From: a virus
Lineage: Duplodnaviria; Caudoviricetes
DNA: 27,475 nt
IMG/VR virus record: IMGVR_UViG_3300022915_000008
Location: 1 to 27,475 of that record
Reading direction: 5' to 3' (one strand)
Shown here: positions 8,823 through 16,618 of the stretch, piece by piece
How the letters are laid out: every line of letters starts with the position of its first letter
How positions within the stretch are numbered: position 1 is the stretch's first letter
Notes under the pieces: model-generated
Database searches by the model: none
Seen by the model: only the letters and a program-made list of their open reading frames with translations
What the model was told of the DNA's origin: nothing
Position numbers and translations under genes: made by a program

Positions 8823-9059
8823 TCAGTCGCCGATGGACGCGTCCCACTCGGCCGTGTCGTACCCCTCGTCCCGGGCCCGCTTGGCGTCCGCCTCCCACTC
8901 GTCCACGATCTGACGCACGGCTGACTCGCTGAGCGCGAACCCCTTCACGAACGATTCGATCTCAGCGCGCGTCCGGGGGTCGGTCCGCTCGGGTGCCTTG
9001 CCGACGCTGGCCGTCGCTCCCTGGGCTCGCTCGATGTCCTTCTCGAAGTGCCTCGCCAT
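8823..9059 (-). CDS. hypothetical protein (78 aa)
   Basis: GGGGAGGAAG RBS before ATG 9059; ends at a terminator. Confidence 0.7.
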   Translation of the reverse strand: MARHFEKDIERAQGATASVGKAPERTDPRTRAEIESFVKGFALSESAVRQIVDEWEADAKRARDEGYDTAEWDASIGD

Positions 9060-9109
9060 TGCTTCCTCCCCTGGTGCGGGGAGCGGGGCCGGAGCCCCGC
9101 TCCGTCCGG

Positions 9110-9844
9110 CTACTTGTCGATGCACACCGGGCCGATGCCCAGCTTCCGGTACTCGCTCGTGAGCGTCCTGCCGCACCGGCCGCACTCGCCCAGCTCGACC
9201 CCGTACCGGATCATCGCTGCCTTGGGGTCTTGAGCGATCGAGGCGATGATCGAGCGGATGCGGGTCAGGTTGCGGACGGAGTGCCAGTCGTCGGACGCCT
9301 GGACGTCCAGGAAGACGAACCCGGCGCGGTTGCCGTTCTTGACCTTGAAGAACTTGAGGGCGCCGTCCTCCTCGACCGCGTACCGGCCGTCAGCCACCTG
9401 GACGGCCGGGGCCGGGGGAGCGAACTTCGGTGCCTTGCGGAGTTCGGCGCGCTTGGCGGCCAGGTTGCCGATCCAGCGGCGCAGGTTCTCCGGGGTCCAG
9501 TGACCGATCATCTTGACCGTGTAGTCCTTGGCCTGCTGACCCAGCGCGGCGTCCGCCGCCTCGATCTCGCGGATCATGTCGTACATGTAGGCGACCTGGG
9601 CCTGAGTGGGCCGGTAGTCGGTCAGGGGGACCAAGTTCAGCAGATCTTCCTCCCCAGCCTGCCGCGCTGCCAGGTCGATCTCTGCCCGGTTGTCGTCGCG
9701 GCCGTCGACACCGGCGGCCAGGGCTTCCGCCAGTACGCGCTTGGCGTTGTCGCGTGCCGCGACGCTGCCGACTCCGCTGTGGAAGGTCTGGAGGAAGGTG
9801 GCGGTGTGCGGGTGCTTGCGGTAGTTGCGGGCGATGGTGGTCAT
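9110..9844 (-). CDS. DUF6011-like zinc-finger domain protein (244 aa)
   Basis: C-terminal GECGRCGRTLT...GIGPVC preceded by VADGRYAV...LKFFKV; GAGGGAG RBS; promoter directly upstream. Confidence 0.85.
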   Translation of the reverse strand: MTTIARNYRKHPHTATFLQTFHSGVGSVAARDNAKRVLAEALAAGVDGRDDNRAEIDLAARQAGEEDLLNLVPLTDYRPTQAQVAYMYDMIREIEAADAALGQQAKDYTVKMIGHWTPENLRRWIGNLAAKRAELRKAPKFAPPAPAVQVADGRYAVEEDGALKFFKVKNGNRAGFVFLDVQASDDWHSVRNLTRIRSIIASIAQDPKAAMIRYGVELGECGRCGRTLTSEYRKLGIGPVCIDK

Positions 9845-9879
9845 GTCCTGCTCCCTCGTTCGGTGTGGCTTATGGGAGT

Positions 9880-9909
9880 AACTTACCAGCCATGACTGTG
9901 AAGTGTCAA
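9880..9909 (-). promoter_or_regulatory. primary-sigma promoter within the repeated motif
   Basis: TTGACA(9909-9904)-18 nt-TAAGTT(9885-9880). Confidence 0.8.
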
Positions 9910-9917
9910 CCGGCCGC

Positions 9918-10121
9918 TCAAGATTCTTCGCAGCCACATACCAACAGGCCATCGAAGTCGTGGGAGTGCAGCCGTTCGACCTTCCCGGCCAGCACGCACT
10001 TGCGGGGGGTACCGTCGCCAACCCGCTTACCGGTGCCTTTCAGCCAGACATCGGCCAACCGGCAGTGCACGTGCACACCGTTGGCGTGAAGATCCCGGAC
10101 GTAGTCAGACATCGGGTTCAT
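9918..10121 (-). CDS. small Cys/His-containing hypothetical protein (67 aa)
   Basis: AGAGAGGGG RBS; fills the gap between a terminator and the next promoter. Confidence 0.6.
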   Translation of the reverse strand: MNPMSDYVRDLHANGVHVHCRLADVWLKGTGKRVGDGTPRKCVLAGKVERLHSHDFDGLLVCGCEES

Positions 10122-10150
10122 GGCGAGCCCCTCTCTGTTGACACCGTGAA

Positions 10151-10186
10151 CAGAGAAAGCCCCCGGTTTCCCGGGGGCTTTCTCTG
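10151..10186. terminator. hairpin terminator
   Basis: CAGAGAAAGCCCCCGG-TTTC-CCGGGGGCTTTCTCTG, 16-bp stem. Confidence 0.85.
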
Positions 10187-10450
10187 TCAGTTCTCCGGCC
10201 CGACCACGAACGTGGAGTTGGATCCGATGTACTGGCCCCGGATGTCCGGGTTCTGGCTGATGTAAGTCTCTACGATCTTGTAGGTACAGCCCTTGTACTG
10301 TCCGGTGGTCCAGTCCTGCGTGTACGTCACGTACGTGTAGAAATCCCGGTTGTTCCGGGTGGATCCGTTCGGCGCGGAACTGACGCTCTCAGACTTGGTG
10401 ACGCTGACCTCGGTCATGATGTACGGCTTACCGGCGGTCTCGATCATCAT
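10187..10450 (-). CDS. hypothetical protein (87 aa, beta-rich)
   Basis: AAAGGGGA RBS; has its own promoter and terminator. Confidence 0.75.
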   Translation of the reverse strand: MMIETAGKPYIMTEVSVTKSESVSSAPNGSTRNNRDFYTYVTYTQDWTTGQYKGCTYKIVETYISQNPDIRGQYIGSNSTFVVGPEN

Positions 10451-10493
10451 CGTTCCCCTTTGGAGTTGTGCCTCGCACTGCCTTACGAGAACT

Positions 10494-10522
10494 ACATTAC
10501 AGCCATGACTGTGAAGTGTCAA
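10494..10522 (-). promoter_or_regulatory. primary-sigma promoter within the repeated motif
   Basis: TTGACA(10522-10517)-17 nt-TAATGT(10499-10494). Confidence 0.85.
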
Positions 10523-10531
10523 CAGTCGTTC

Positions 10532-10684
10532 TTACAAGCGGTTGTCCTCACCGACTTGCATGTACGTCCGCTTGCAATCGCAACTGGTACAGCCGTTGCG
10601 GCTGTGCTGCGTGCGCTGACAGTTACACCACGCACAGGGCTGGTGTGAGCGGTCTTCCTTATTGGTCTTGTTGGCCTTGGTCAT
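10532..10684 (-). CDS. small Cys-rich metal-binding protein (50 aa, ...CAWCNCQRTQH...GCTSCDC...)
   Basis: Translated by hand (absent from the track); TAAGGT 6 nt upstream of the ATG (leaderless). Confidence 0.65.
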   Translation of the reverse strand: MTKANKTNKEDRSHQPCAWCNCQRTQHSRNGCTSCDCKRTYMQVGEDNRL

Positions 10685-10848
10685 GCGCCTACCTTACCGG
10701 GATCGCTGTCAGGTGCCCGCGCGGTAAGTGAGAGGACATCTCAATCTGAGTGTCACTTCCGGTGCTACGATCCGACCGATACGTACCGCTGTCAGGGTCT
10801 AGGACCGGGCGGGGGTTGATACAGCTCCACCACCGAGAAGAGGACCCG

Positions 10849-12552
10849 ATGTTCGAGTTCCCGTTCGAGGTCCCGGCCGATCTCACCGCTCTGGACGACG
10901 CCGCATTCGCCGCGTTCGCGGAGCAGGCCCGGACCGCCGCCCGTGAGGCTCTCACCGGCGAAGAGACCCCCGCTCCGGCGCTCATCGCGTACCGCGACCT
11001 GCTGACCAACGTCCAGGCCGATGAGACCCGTCGGTCCGAACTGGCCACCCAGGGAGCGGACGCGCGCAACGCGCTCGCCACCCTGACCGAGCCCGCCCCG
11101 GTCGCTCCGGTCGCCACCGACCCGGAGCCGACCCCGGAGCCCGCGCCGGTTCCGGCCCCGAGCCCGCGCCCGATCCTGGACAACCCGGCCCAGGCATCCG
11201 GCACCACCCTGGACACCCCGCCGAACGCTCCGGCCGAGACGTACGCCGTCCTGGTGGCGTCCTCCGACGCGGCCAACGTCGGCACTGAGCTCAACTCGTT
11301 CGCCGAGGCTGCCGCGATCATCGACCGTCGGCTGGCCACCTACCCGTCCAGCGGCACCACCCGCAAGGGTTCGCGCGGCCCGCTGGCCATCAAGGGCAAC
11401 TCGTTCGCCATCGGCGGCCGGGGTATGCAGCGGCACGGCAACGTCGCCATCCAGCGTCAGTTCCCGGAAGCTCTGCGGATCACCGGCAACAACGGCGCGC
11501 TGTCCGTCCTGGACTACGCCACCAGCCAGCGCCGCCTCCCCGGTGGCTCGCTCGTAGCCTCGATGACTGAGCAGGTGGCTCGCCGGTCCCTGACCGCCGC
11601 TGCCGGTTGGTGTGCCCCGTCCGAGACGATCTACGACCTGTGCGCGCTGGAGTCCCGCGACGGCATGCTGGACCTCCCCGAGGTTCAGGCGGTCCGGGGT
11701 GGCTTCAACATCCCGTCCGACGGTGGCCCGAACTTCGCCACCATCTACGACTCGATCGGCGACGACGGCGACGTCATCCTCACCGAGTACGAGATCGAGA
11801 ACGGCACCGACAAGGTGTGTGTCGAGATCCCGTGCCCGGACTTCGAAGAGGTCCGGCTCGACGTCGCGTACGTGTGCATCACCGGTTCGTTCCTTCAGCA
11901 GCGTGGTTACCCGGAGGCGGTCGGCCGGTTCACCCAGGGCGCGCTCATCGCGCTGGACCACAAGGTGAACGCGTCCGTCATCGCCCGGATGGTGGCCGGT
12001 TCCACCGTCGTCGCGGCGATCGCCGACAACACCGGCGGGGACGACGCGGTCTCTCAGCTCCTGTCCGCCGTCGAGCTGGCGGCCGAGGACATCCGGTACC
12101 GCAACCGGATGGGCCGGGGTGACACGATCGAGATCGTTCTCCCCTACTGGGCCATCCCGGTCATGCGCGCCGCGCTCGCCCGGCGCCGGGGTGTCTCCGA
12201 GTGGGACGTCTCCGACTCGGAGATCCTGGCCGCGTTCACCTCGCGGCACGTCGTCCCGCACTTTGTCTACGACTGGCAGGATGCCTTCTCGGGTCTGGCG
12301 AACGGTCCGGGTCGCGCTACCCCGCTCGGCGCGTTCCCGACTGACATCAGCTTCCTGGCCTACCCGGCGGGGACCTGGGTCAAGGCCACCCGGGACGTCA
12401 TCAACCTGGACACCGTGTACGACAACGCGATGCTGACGCAGAACCAGTTCACCGCGCTGTTCGCGGAGGACGGCTTCAACGTCCTTCAGATGTGCACCGA
12501 CTCGCGCCTCTACACCGTCGGCTTCGACCCGAACGGTCTTTGCTGCGCCTGA
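10849..12552 (+). CDS. major capsid (hexamer) protein with N-terminal scaffold-like extension
   Basis: SLTAAAGWCAPSETIYD, LDLPEV...RGG, DKVCVEIPCPDFEEVRL and LDTVYD...L..N.FTALFAEDG motifs of cluster-B-like capsids; AAGAGGA RBS before ATG 10849. Confidence 0.9.
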   Translation: MFEFPFEVPADLTALDDAAFAAFAEQARTAAREALTGEETPAPALIAYRDLLTNVQADETRRSELATQGADARNALATLTEPAPVAPVATDPEPTPEPAPVPAPSPRPILDNPAQASGTTLDTPPNAPAETYAVLVASSDAANVGTELNSFAEAAAIIDRRLATYPSSGTTRKGSRGPLAIKGNSFAIGGRGMQRHGNVAIQRQFPEALRITGNNGALSVLDYATSQRRLPGGSLVASMTEQVARRSLTAAAGWCAPSETIYDLCALESRDGMLDLPEVQAVRGGFNIPSDGGPNFATIYDSIGDDGDVILTEYEIENGTDKVCVEIPCPDFEEVRLDVAYVCITGSFLQQRGYPEAVGRFTQGALIALDHKVNASVIARMVAGSTVVAAIADNTGGDDAVSQLLSAVELAAEDIRYRNRMGRGDTIEIVLPYWAIPVMRAALARRRGVSEWDVSDSEILAAFTSRHVVPHFVYDWQDAFSGLANGPGRATPLGAFPTDISFLAYPAGTWVKATRDVINLDTVYDNAMLTQNQFTALFAEDGFNVLQMCTDSRLYTVGFDPNGLCCA

Positions 12553-12636
12553 TCACCTCCCCTGCTCCCCCGGACTGGATCAACCCATGGTTCAAGCGCT
12601 CCCAGTCCGGGGGTCACACCTTGAAGGAGGTGAGTA

Positions 12637-13449
12637 ATGGCTCTTGTCCCTGGCATCGACGTAGTCGCACCGGAACCTCTGCGGTCGCGGTACGGACTGT
12701 TCACGGCCGCGAGCGGACCGCTTGACCTCCCTGCTCATGGGGAGGGCGGTGGCGTCCGGTACGTCCCGGTCACGTGTGGCGCCGCGTACGCCTACGGCGT
12801 GCAGTGCTACGACACGGAGAACCCGGCGCCGGAGAAGCCGCACGATACGGACAATGAAGAAGTCGTCACCGGCGTGTTCAGCGTCCTGTCGACGCTGAAC
12901 TGTTCGGCGGTGGGTTACACCCTGGACGAGTACCGGACCAAGGTTCAGCGTCGTCTGGAGACAGCGGAACAGGCGGCCGTCGAGGGCGCCTTCTGGACTG
13001 GCCTGGATTTCGAGGGCAATTCCCTGGGTATCCGGTCGCTGTCCGGCGAGGCTGAGAACATCCCTGCCGGATACGACCCAGGTCTGATCACCGATGTGGT
13101 TGGCGCGCTGGAGCGGTACGCGTACACGACCAACGGGTACGGGTACTCCGCTTACATCCACGCGCCGGTTGAGGTGGCCGCGTTCGGCCATGAGTCCGGC
13201 CTGGTCCTGAAGGACGGGAACCGGCTGGTCACGCCGATGGGCTCGATCTGGAGCTTCGGCGCGTACCCGGCGGGGTCCGTCATCATCACTGGTCAGACGA
13301 ACGTCTGGCGCGCGCAGGTCCAGACGTATGACGCGTTCGACCGGGTCACCAACGAACGCCTGTTGGTCGCTGAGCGGGCGTACGCCGTGAGCTTCGATTG
13401 CTTCGCCGGTCGGGCGGAGTTCGACCCCTTGGAGGTGACTTCACCGTGA
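12637..13449 (+). CDS. capsid pentamer / minor capsid protein
   Basis: Follows the MCP; RYGLF, L...EQAAVEGAFW, VGALE, YIHAP and N.RLLVAERAYAV..DC motifs; AAGGAGGTGA RBS. Confidence 0.75.
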   Translation: MALVPGIDVVAPEPLRSRYGLFTAASGPLDLPAHGEGGGVRYVPVTCGAAYAYGVQCYDTENPAPEKPHDTDNEEVVTGVFSVLSTLNCSAVGYTLDEYRTKVQRRLETAEQAAVEGAFWTGLDFEGNSLGIRSLSGEAENIPAGYDPGLITDVVGALERYAYTTNGYGYSAYIHAPVEVAAFGHESGLVLKDGNRLVTPMGSIWSFGAYPAGSVIITGQTNVWRAQVQTYDAFDRVTNERLLVAERAYAVSFDCFAGRAEFDPLEVTSP

Positions 13450-14135
13450 CCAACCTTGTTTGTGCCAAGCCGCTCCAGGGGGAAACGCTGCGCGTGACCC
13501 GGCTGGACGTCTGCGGTAACCCGGAGTTCGGGGAGTGTGCGTACGCCGTCAGCGACGGCTACGTGCAGGCCGTGATCACTCCGAACACCGAGGAGGGCGA
13601 ACGTTTCCTCCAGCGGACCGCGAACGGGAACGCGATCGTGAACCAGCGGGGGCGTCCGATCCTCAACTGGTACGACGTGTCTATCCAGTTCCAGGAGGTG
13701 GACCCGGAACTGTTCACCATCCTGACCGGCCTGTCTCCGTACATGGACGACCAGGACCGGGTGATCGGTTTCCCGGTCACGGAGTCGGAGTTCGCTACCG
13801 CCAACTTCGCCCTGGAGCTGTGGATGGGTAACGCCGAGGAGGCGTGCGCGCCGGGCTCGCTCCCGTTCTACGGCTACAACCTGCTCCCCTGGGTGACCGA
13901 GGGCGCGCTGGCTGAGGACATCACCATCACCAACGACCTGATCACCTTCACGGTGGTGGGCCGGACCCGTAAGGGGACGCCGTGGGACGTCGGCCCGTAC
14001 GACGTCGTGGTGGACGAGGCAGGCGACCCGAGCCCGCTCTACACCGCGATCCCGGACGACACGCACCACCTGCCGATCTGGACCCAGCTTCCGCCTCCTG
14101 AGGCGGCGTGCGGTTGCCAGTCTCTGAGCTCCTGA
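13446..14135 (+). CDS. major tail protein
   Basis: LRVTRLDVCG.P, FALELW, Y.LLPW and PW.VGPYDV motifs; GGAGGTGA RBS; GTGA overlap; followed by a terminator. Confidence 0.85.
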   Translation: MTNLVCAKPLQGETLRVTRLDVCGNPEFGECAYAVSDGYVQAVITPNTEEGERFLQRTANGNAIVNQRGRPILNWYDVSIQFQEVDPELFTILTGLSPYMDDQDRVIGFPVTESEFATANFALELWMGNAEEACAPGSLPFYGYNLLPWVTEGALAEDITITNDLITFTVVGRTRKGTPWDVGPYDVVVDEAGDPSPLYTAIPDDTHHLPIWTQLPPPEAACGCQSLSS

Positions 14136-14159
14136 CGAACCTCCAGAACGTCAGGAAAG

Positions 14160-14187
14160 GAAGCCCCGGGGGACGCCCCGGGGCTTC
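14160..14187 (+). terminator. terminator after the major tail gene
   Basis: GAAGCCCCGGGG-GACG-CCCCGGGGCTTC. Confidence 0.8.
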
Positions 14188-14195
14188 TCCATGCC

Positions 14196-14214
14196 TTGAC
14201 TGTGAAGTGTCAAC
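14196..14214. promoter_or_regulatory. copy of the repeated palindromic motif between two terminators (no -10)
   Basis: TTGACTGTGAAGTGTCAAC, same core as the promoter copies. Confidence 0.7.
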
Positions 14215-14216
14215 GG

Positions 14217-14248
14217 CAAAGGGCCCGGCCAATCGGCCGGGCCCTTTG
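14217..14248 (-). terminator. terminator of the ParB-like gene
   Basis: CAAAGGGCCCGGCC-AATC-GGCCGGGCCCTTTG. Confidence 0.8.
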
Positions 14249-14249
14249 A

Positions 14250-15101
14250 TCACTTCGGTTGCGGGAAGTTCTGGTTCGTCAGTTTTCCGCCGCTGGTGTT
14301 CACCATGACCTGCGCGATGACCCGGTTGTCGCGCCACGCGTTCCACGCCCGGACGAACAGCGCGAGGAACTCGTGCGCCCGTAGCCGATCCGCCCGGACC
14401 AGCCGGTTGCGCAGGACCAGGATCGGGGAGGTCTCCGGCAGGTTGGCACCCTTCAGCAGGTGATCGAAGAACGTGTGGGCCTGGTCGTTGTCGAGCTTGG
14501 CGAACAGGTAGAACGCGGTGCCGCTCGGCGCACCGGGTGCCAGCCGAGCCTGTTGCAGGTCCCGGCCACGCGAAGCAGCGGCCACGAACCCGGTGACATC
14601 CTTGTCCAGACGCGCCAACGACTCGGTGTGAGTCGGCACGCCGCCGTTGCGGCCAGAGACACCGATGAAGTTACCGTCCTCCCACTGGATCACACGCCGG
14701 ACCACGGCCGCTACCAGGTGCGTCTGACCGCCGATGCCGACGATCCCTACCAGGTCGTGCAGACCCCGGGGGAGCCCGGTGTCCAGGACCGGCATCACCG
14801 ACGCGTCCACGTTGTAGGCAACCAGCATCGGGACGGCGATGTCGGGACGAATCTTCGCGGCGTGAAGGAGCGCGGTCAGGCGGTGCTGACCGTCGAGCAG
14901 ATCACCGTCTTTGCTGACCTTGACGGTCTCCCCGGTGATCGGCCAGTTCCCGGCCAGCATGTCCCGGACGTACTGGTCAACCTTGCCGTGCCGGATGTTG
15001 CGGTTGTTCTCGATGTTGCGCCCCAGTAGGGCCTTGGCCTCCCGGGCGGTCATCTCAGTCTGCTCAATCCGGAAGTCGTAGTCATCGTCGGCGAATGCCA
15101 T
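14250..15101 (-). CDS. ParB/Srx-superfamily (DGQHR) N-terminal domain protein
   Basis: NNRNIR..KVDQYVRDML.G.W...GETVKV..DG.LLDGQHRLTA motif plus a helical C-terminus; GGGGAG RBS; own promoter and terminator. Confidence 0.85.
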   Translation of the reverse strand: MAFADDDYDFRIEQTEMTAREAKALLGRNIENNRNIRHGKVDQYVRDMLAGNWPITGETVKVSKDGDLLDGQHRLTALLHAAKIRPDIAVPMLVAYNVDASVMPVLDTGLPRGLHDLVGIVGIGGQTHLVAAVVRRVIQWEDGNFIGVSGRNGGVPTHTESLARLDKDVTGFVAAASRGRDLQQARLAPGAPSGTAFYLFAKLDNDQAHTFFDHLLKGANLPETSPILVLRNRLVRADRLRAHEFLALFVRAWNAWRDNRVIAQVMVNTSGGKLTNQNFPQPK

Positions 15102-15137
15102 GCTGTCTCCCCATCTGTGTCGTCCTTGTCCGTACCT

Positions 15138-15166
15138 ACGTTACAGGCCCTACTGCAAAGTATCAA
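15138..15166 (-). promoter_or_regulatory. promoter of the ParB-like gene (degenerate motif copy)
   Basis: TTGATA(15166-15161)-17 nt-TAACGT(15143-15138); spacer resembles those of the other copies. Confidence 0.75.
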
Positions 15167-15255
15167 CTACTTCTTTCAAGCGTCCTGATTGGACGCTGAT
15201 AGCCCTGCCTTGGTAACCTCACAGGGAAGGCTGGGAAGTTCCCGGCCGGAGGGGT

Positions 15256-15573
15256 GTGAACGTGGGATGGGGCAGGCGAAAGTCAGAGTCGCCGTCGATC
15301 GATGAGCTACTGGCGATGAAGGACAGTGATCTCAAGAAGGTCATAGCGACGGGCGTGGTTCCGCAGAAGACTCCCGCTGACCTGCGTAGGGCGGCCACGG
15401 AGTTGAGACGCAAGACGAGTGGTGAGACCGGCATAGCCGCGATCGCAGCGGCTGCGCGCGGCGGTGGCACCGGCAATCGGCGGTATGACAGTCTGCCGCT
15501 CAGCCAGCGCGTGCACCCGGCCGAGTACGAACGCATCCTGGACCGGGAAGCCAAACGGCAGGGCTTGCTGTGA
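15256..15573 (+). CDS. hypothetical protein (about 103-105 aa)
   Basis: GGAGGGG RBS (start GTG 15256 or 15262); TGATG coupling to the next gene. Confidence 0.7.
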   Translation: MNVGWGRRKSESPSIDELLAMKDSDLKKVIATGVVPQKTPADLRRAATELRRKTSGETGIAAIAAAARGGGTGNRRYDSLPLSQRVHPAEYERILDREAKRQGLL

Positions 15574-15689
15574 TGGGCTGGCGCACATGCGTGACGTGCA
15601 AGGGGCCTGGGACTCTTCTCCGGAAAGGCCGCATGATCACCTGCCCTGCTTGTAAGGGCAAGGGCGGTAAAGACATCAAGACCATCTGA
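15573..15689 (+). CDS. 38-aa DnaJ-type zinc-ribbon peptide (CxxCxGxG twice)
   Basis: MGWRTCVTCKGPGTLLRKGRMITCPACKGKGGKDIKTI, translated by hand. Confidence 0.75.
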   Translation: MGWRTCVTCKGPGTLLRKGRMITCPACKGKGGKDIKTI

Positions 15690-15704
15690 CAGTTGAGTGT
15701 CAAC
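15687..15704. promoter_or_regulatory. copy of the repeated palindromic motif (no -10)
   Basis: TGACAGTTGAGTGTCAAC starts at the stop codon and abuts a hairpin. Confidence 0.6.
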
Positions 15705-15737
15705 AGGCCTGCCGGGAGCAGCTCCCGGCAGGCCTGT
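15703..15737. terminator. perfect 17-bp inverted repeat, probable terminator
   Basis: ACAGGCCTGCCGGGAGC-A-GCTCCCGGCAGGCCTGT. Confidence 0.7.
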
Positions 15738-15798
15738 GACGTTCCTGGGGTGTCCCGTAGGCTGGCTGTGTACGGACGACACCTGAGGGAGGCACGGC

Positions 15799-16617
15799 GT
15801 GACCGCACCCTGTACGACGTGGGACGTGGACCCGGCCGCTCTTGGAGTGTGCCCGGCCTGGTCCGGCTACAGCGCGACCGTTAAGATGTCCGCCCTGGAC
15901 CTGGCCACGTTCTGGCTGTGGGCCGCGACCGGTCGCCGGTTCGGGCCGTGCCCGGTCGAGGTCCGGCCGAACCAGCGCAAGGGCCAGCCGCTCCAGTACA
16001 TCGACTACCCGGTGACACCCGGGTTCGACTCCTCCCCGGCAGTCGGCGGCCCGTACCTGTTCGGTGGCCAATGGTTCAACGCCGGATGCACTACCGCGTG
16101 CTGCGGCGCGTCGGCGTGCGGCATCGTGCTGCGCGGTCCGGTCTACGCGGTCTCTGAGGTGACCGTCGGCGTGGATGTGATCCCCGCGTCGGCGTACCGG
16201 GTGGACGTCGCGGGTGGCGCGTGGCTGCTGGTCCGGATCGACGGCGAGTGCTGGCCGGTCTGCCAGACCGTGACGGCCGAGCCGGGGGAGGAGGGCACGT
16301 TCGTCATCTCGTACGAGATCGGCCTACCCATCCCTGATGCGCTCGCGCTCGCGGCCGGTGTGCTCGCCTGCCAGTACGGGAAGTACCTCACCGGCGGCGC
16401 GTGCTCGCTCCCCGCTCAGATGACCCGGCTCTCACGTCAGGGCGTCGAGGTGGAGGTGGCCGCGCCGGACCCGGTGACCGGCGCCAGCGGGATCAGGCTG
16501 GTGGACGATGTGGTCGCGATGCTCAACCCGGGCGGCCTCAAGTCTCCGCCGCGCGTGATGTCGCTGGACCTCCCCGAGAACTGCGACCGGTACACCGTCG
16601 TCCCGGCGGGCAGCTGA
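15799..16617 (+). CDS. head-to-tail adaptor
   Basis: AT..LWAATGRRFG.CPV.VRP, LVR.DG.CWP.CQ, LSRQGV and GI..VD motifs typical of cluster-B-like adaptors; GGGAGG RBS. Confidence 0.8.
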   Translation: MTAPCTTWDVDPAALGVCPAWSGYSATVKMSALDLATFWLWAATGRRFGPCPVEVRPNQRKGQPLQYIDYPVTPGFDSSPAVGGPYLFGGQWFNAGCTTACCGASACGIVLRGPVYAVSEVTVGVDVIPASAYRVDVAGGAWLLVRIDGECWPVCQTVTAEPGEEGTFVISYEIGLPIPDALALAAGVLACQYGKYLTGGACSLPAQMTRLSRQGVEVEVAAPDPVTGASGIRLVDDVVAMLNPGGLKSPPRVMSLDLPENCDRYTVVPAGS

Positions 16618-16618
16618 G

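Noticed and set aside
10137-10150. Plus-strand TTGACA as a promoter or motif copy
   Set aside because: Only the GTGTCAAC half matches, in the opposite orientation; no -10 at the right distance; it runs straight into a terminator.
11090-11170. Pro/Glu/Ala repeat DNA (CCGGAGCC-like) in the capsid gene
   Set aside because: Ordinary low-complexity linker between the scaffold-like N-terminus and the capsid fold.
10792-12261. 489-aa minus-strand ORF
   Set aside because: Shadow of the major capsid gene.
7409-14214. Repeated TGACTGTGAAGTGTCAA as a CRISPR or mini-array
   Set aside because: Copies are hundreds to thousands of bp apart, separated by whole genes, and coincide with -35 boxes.
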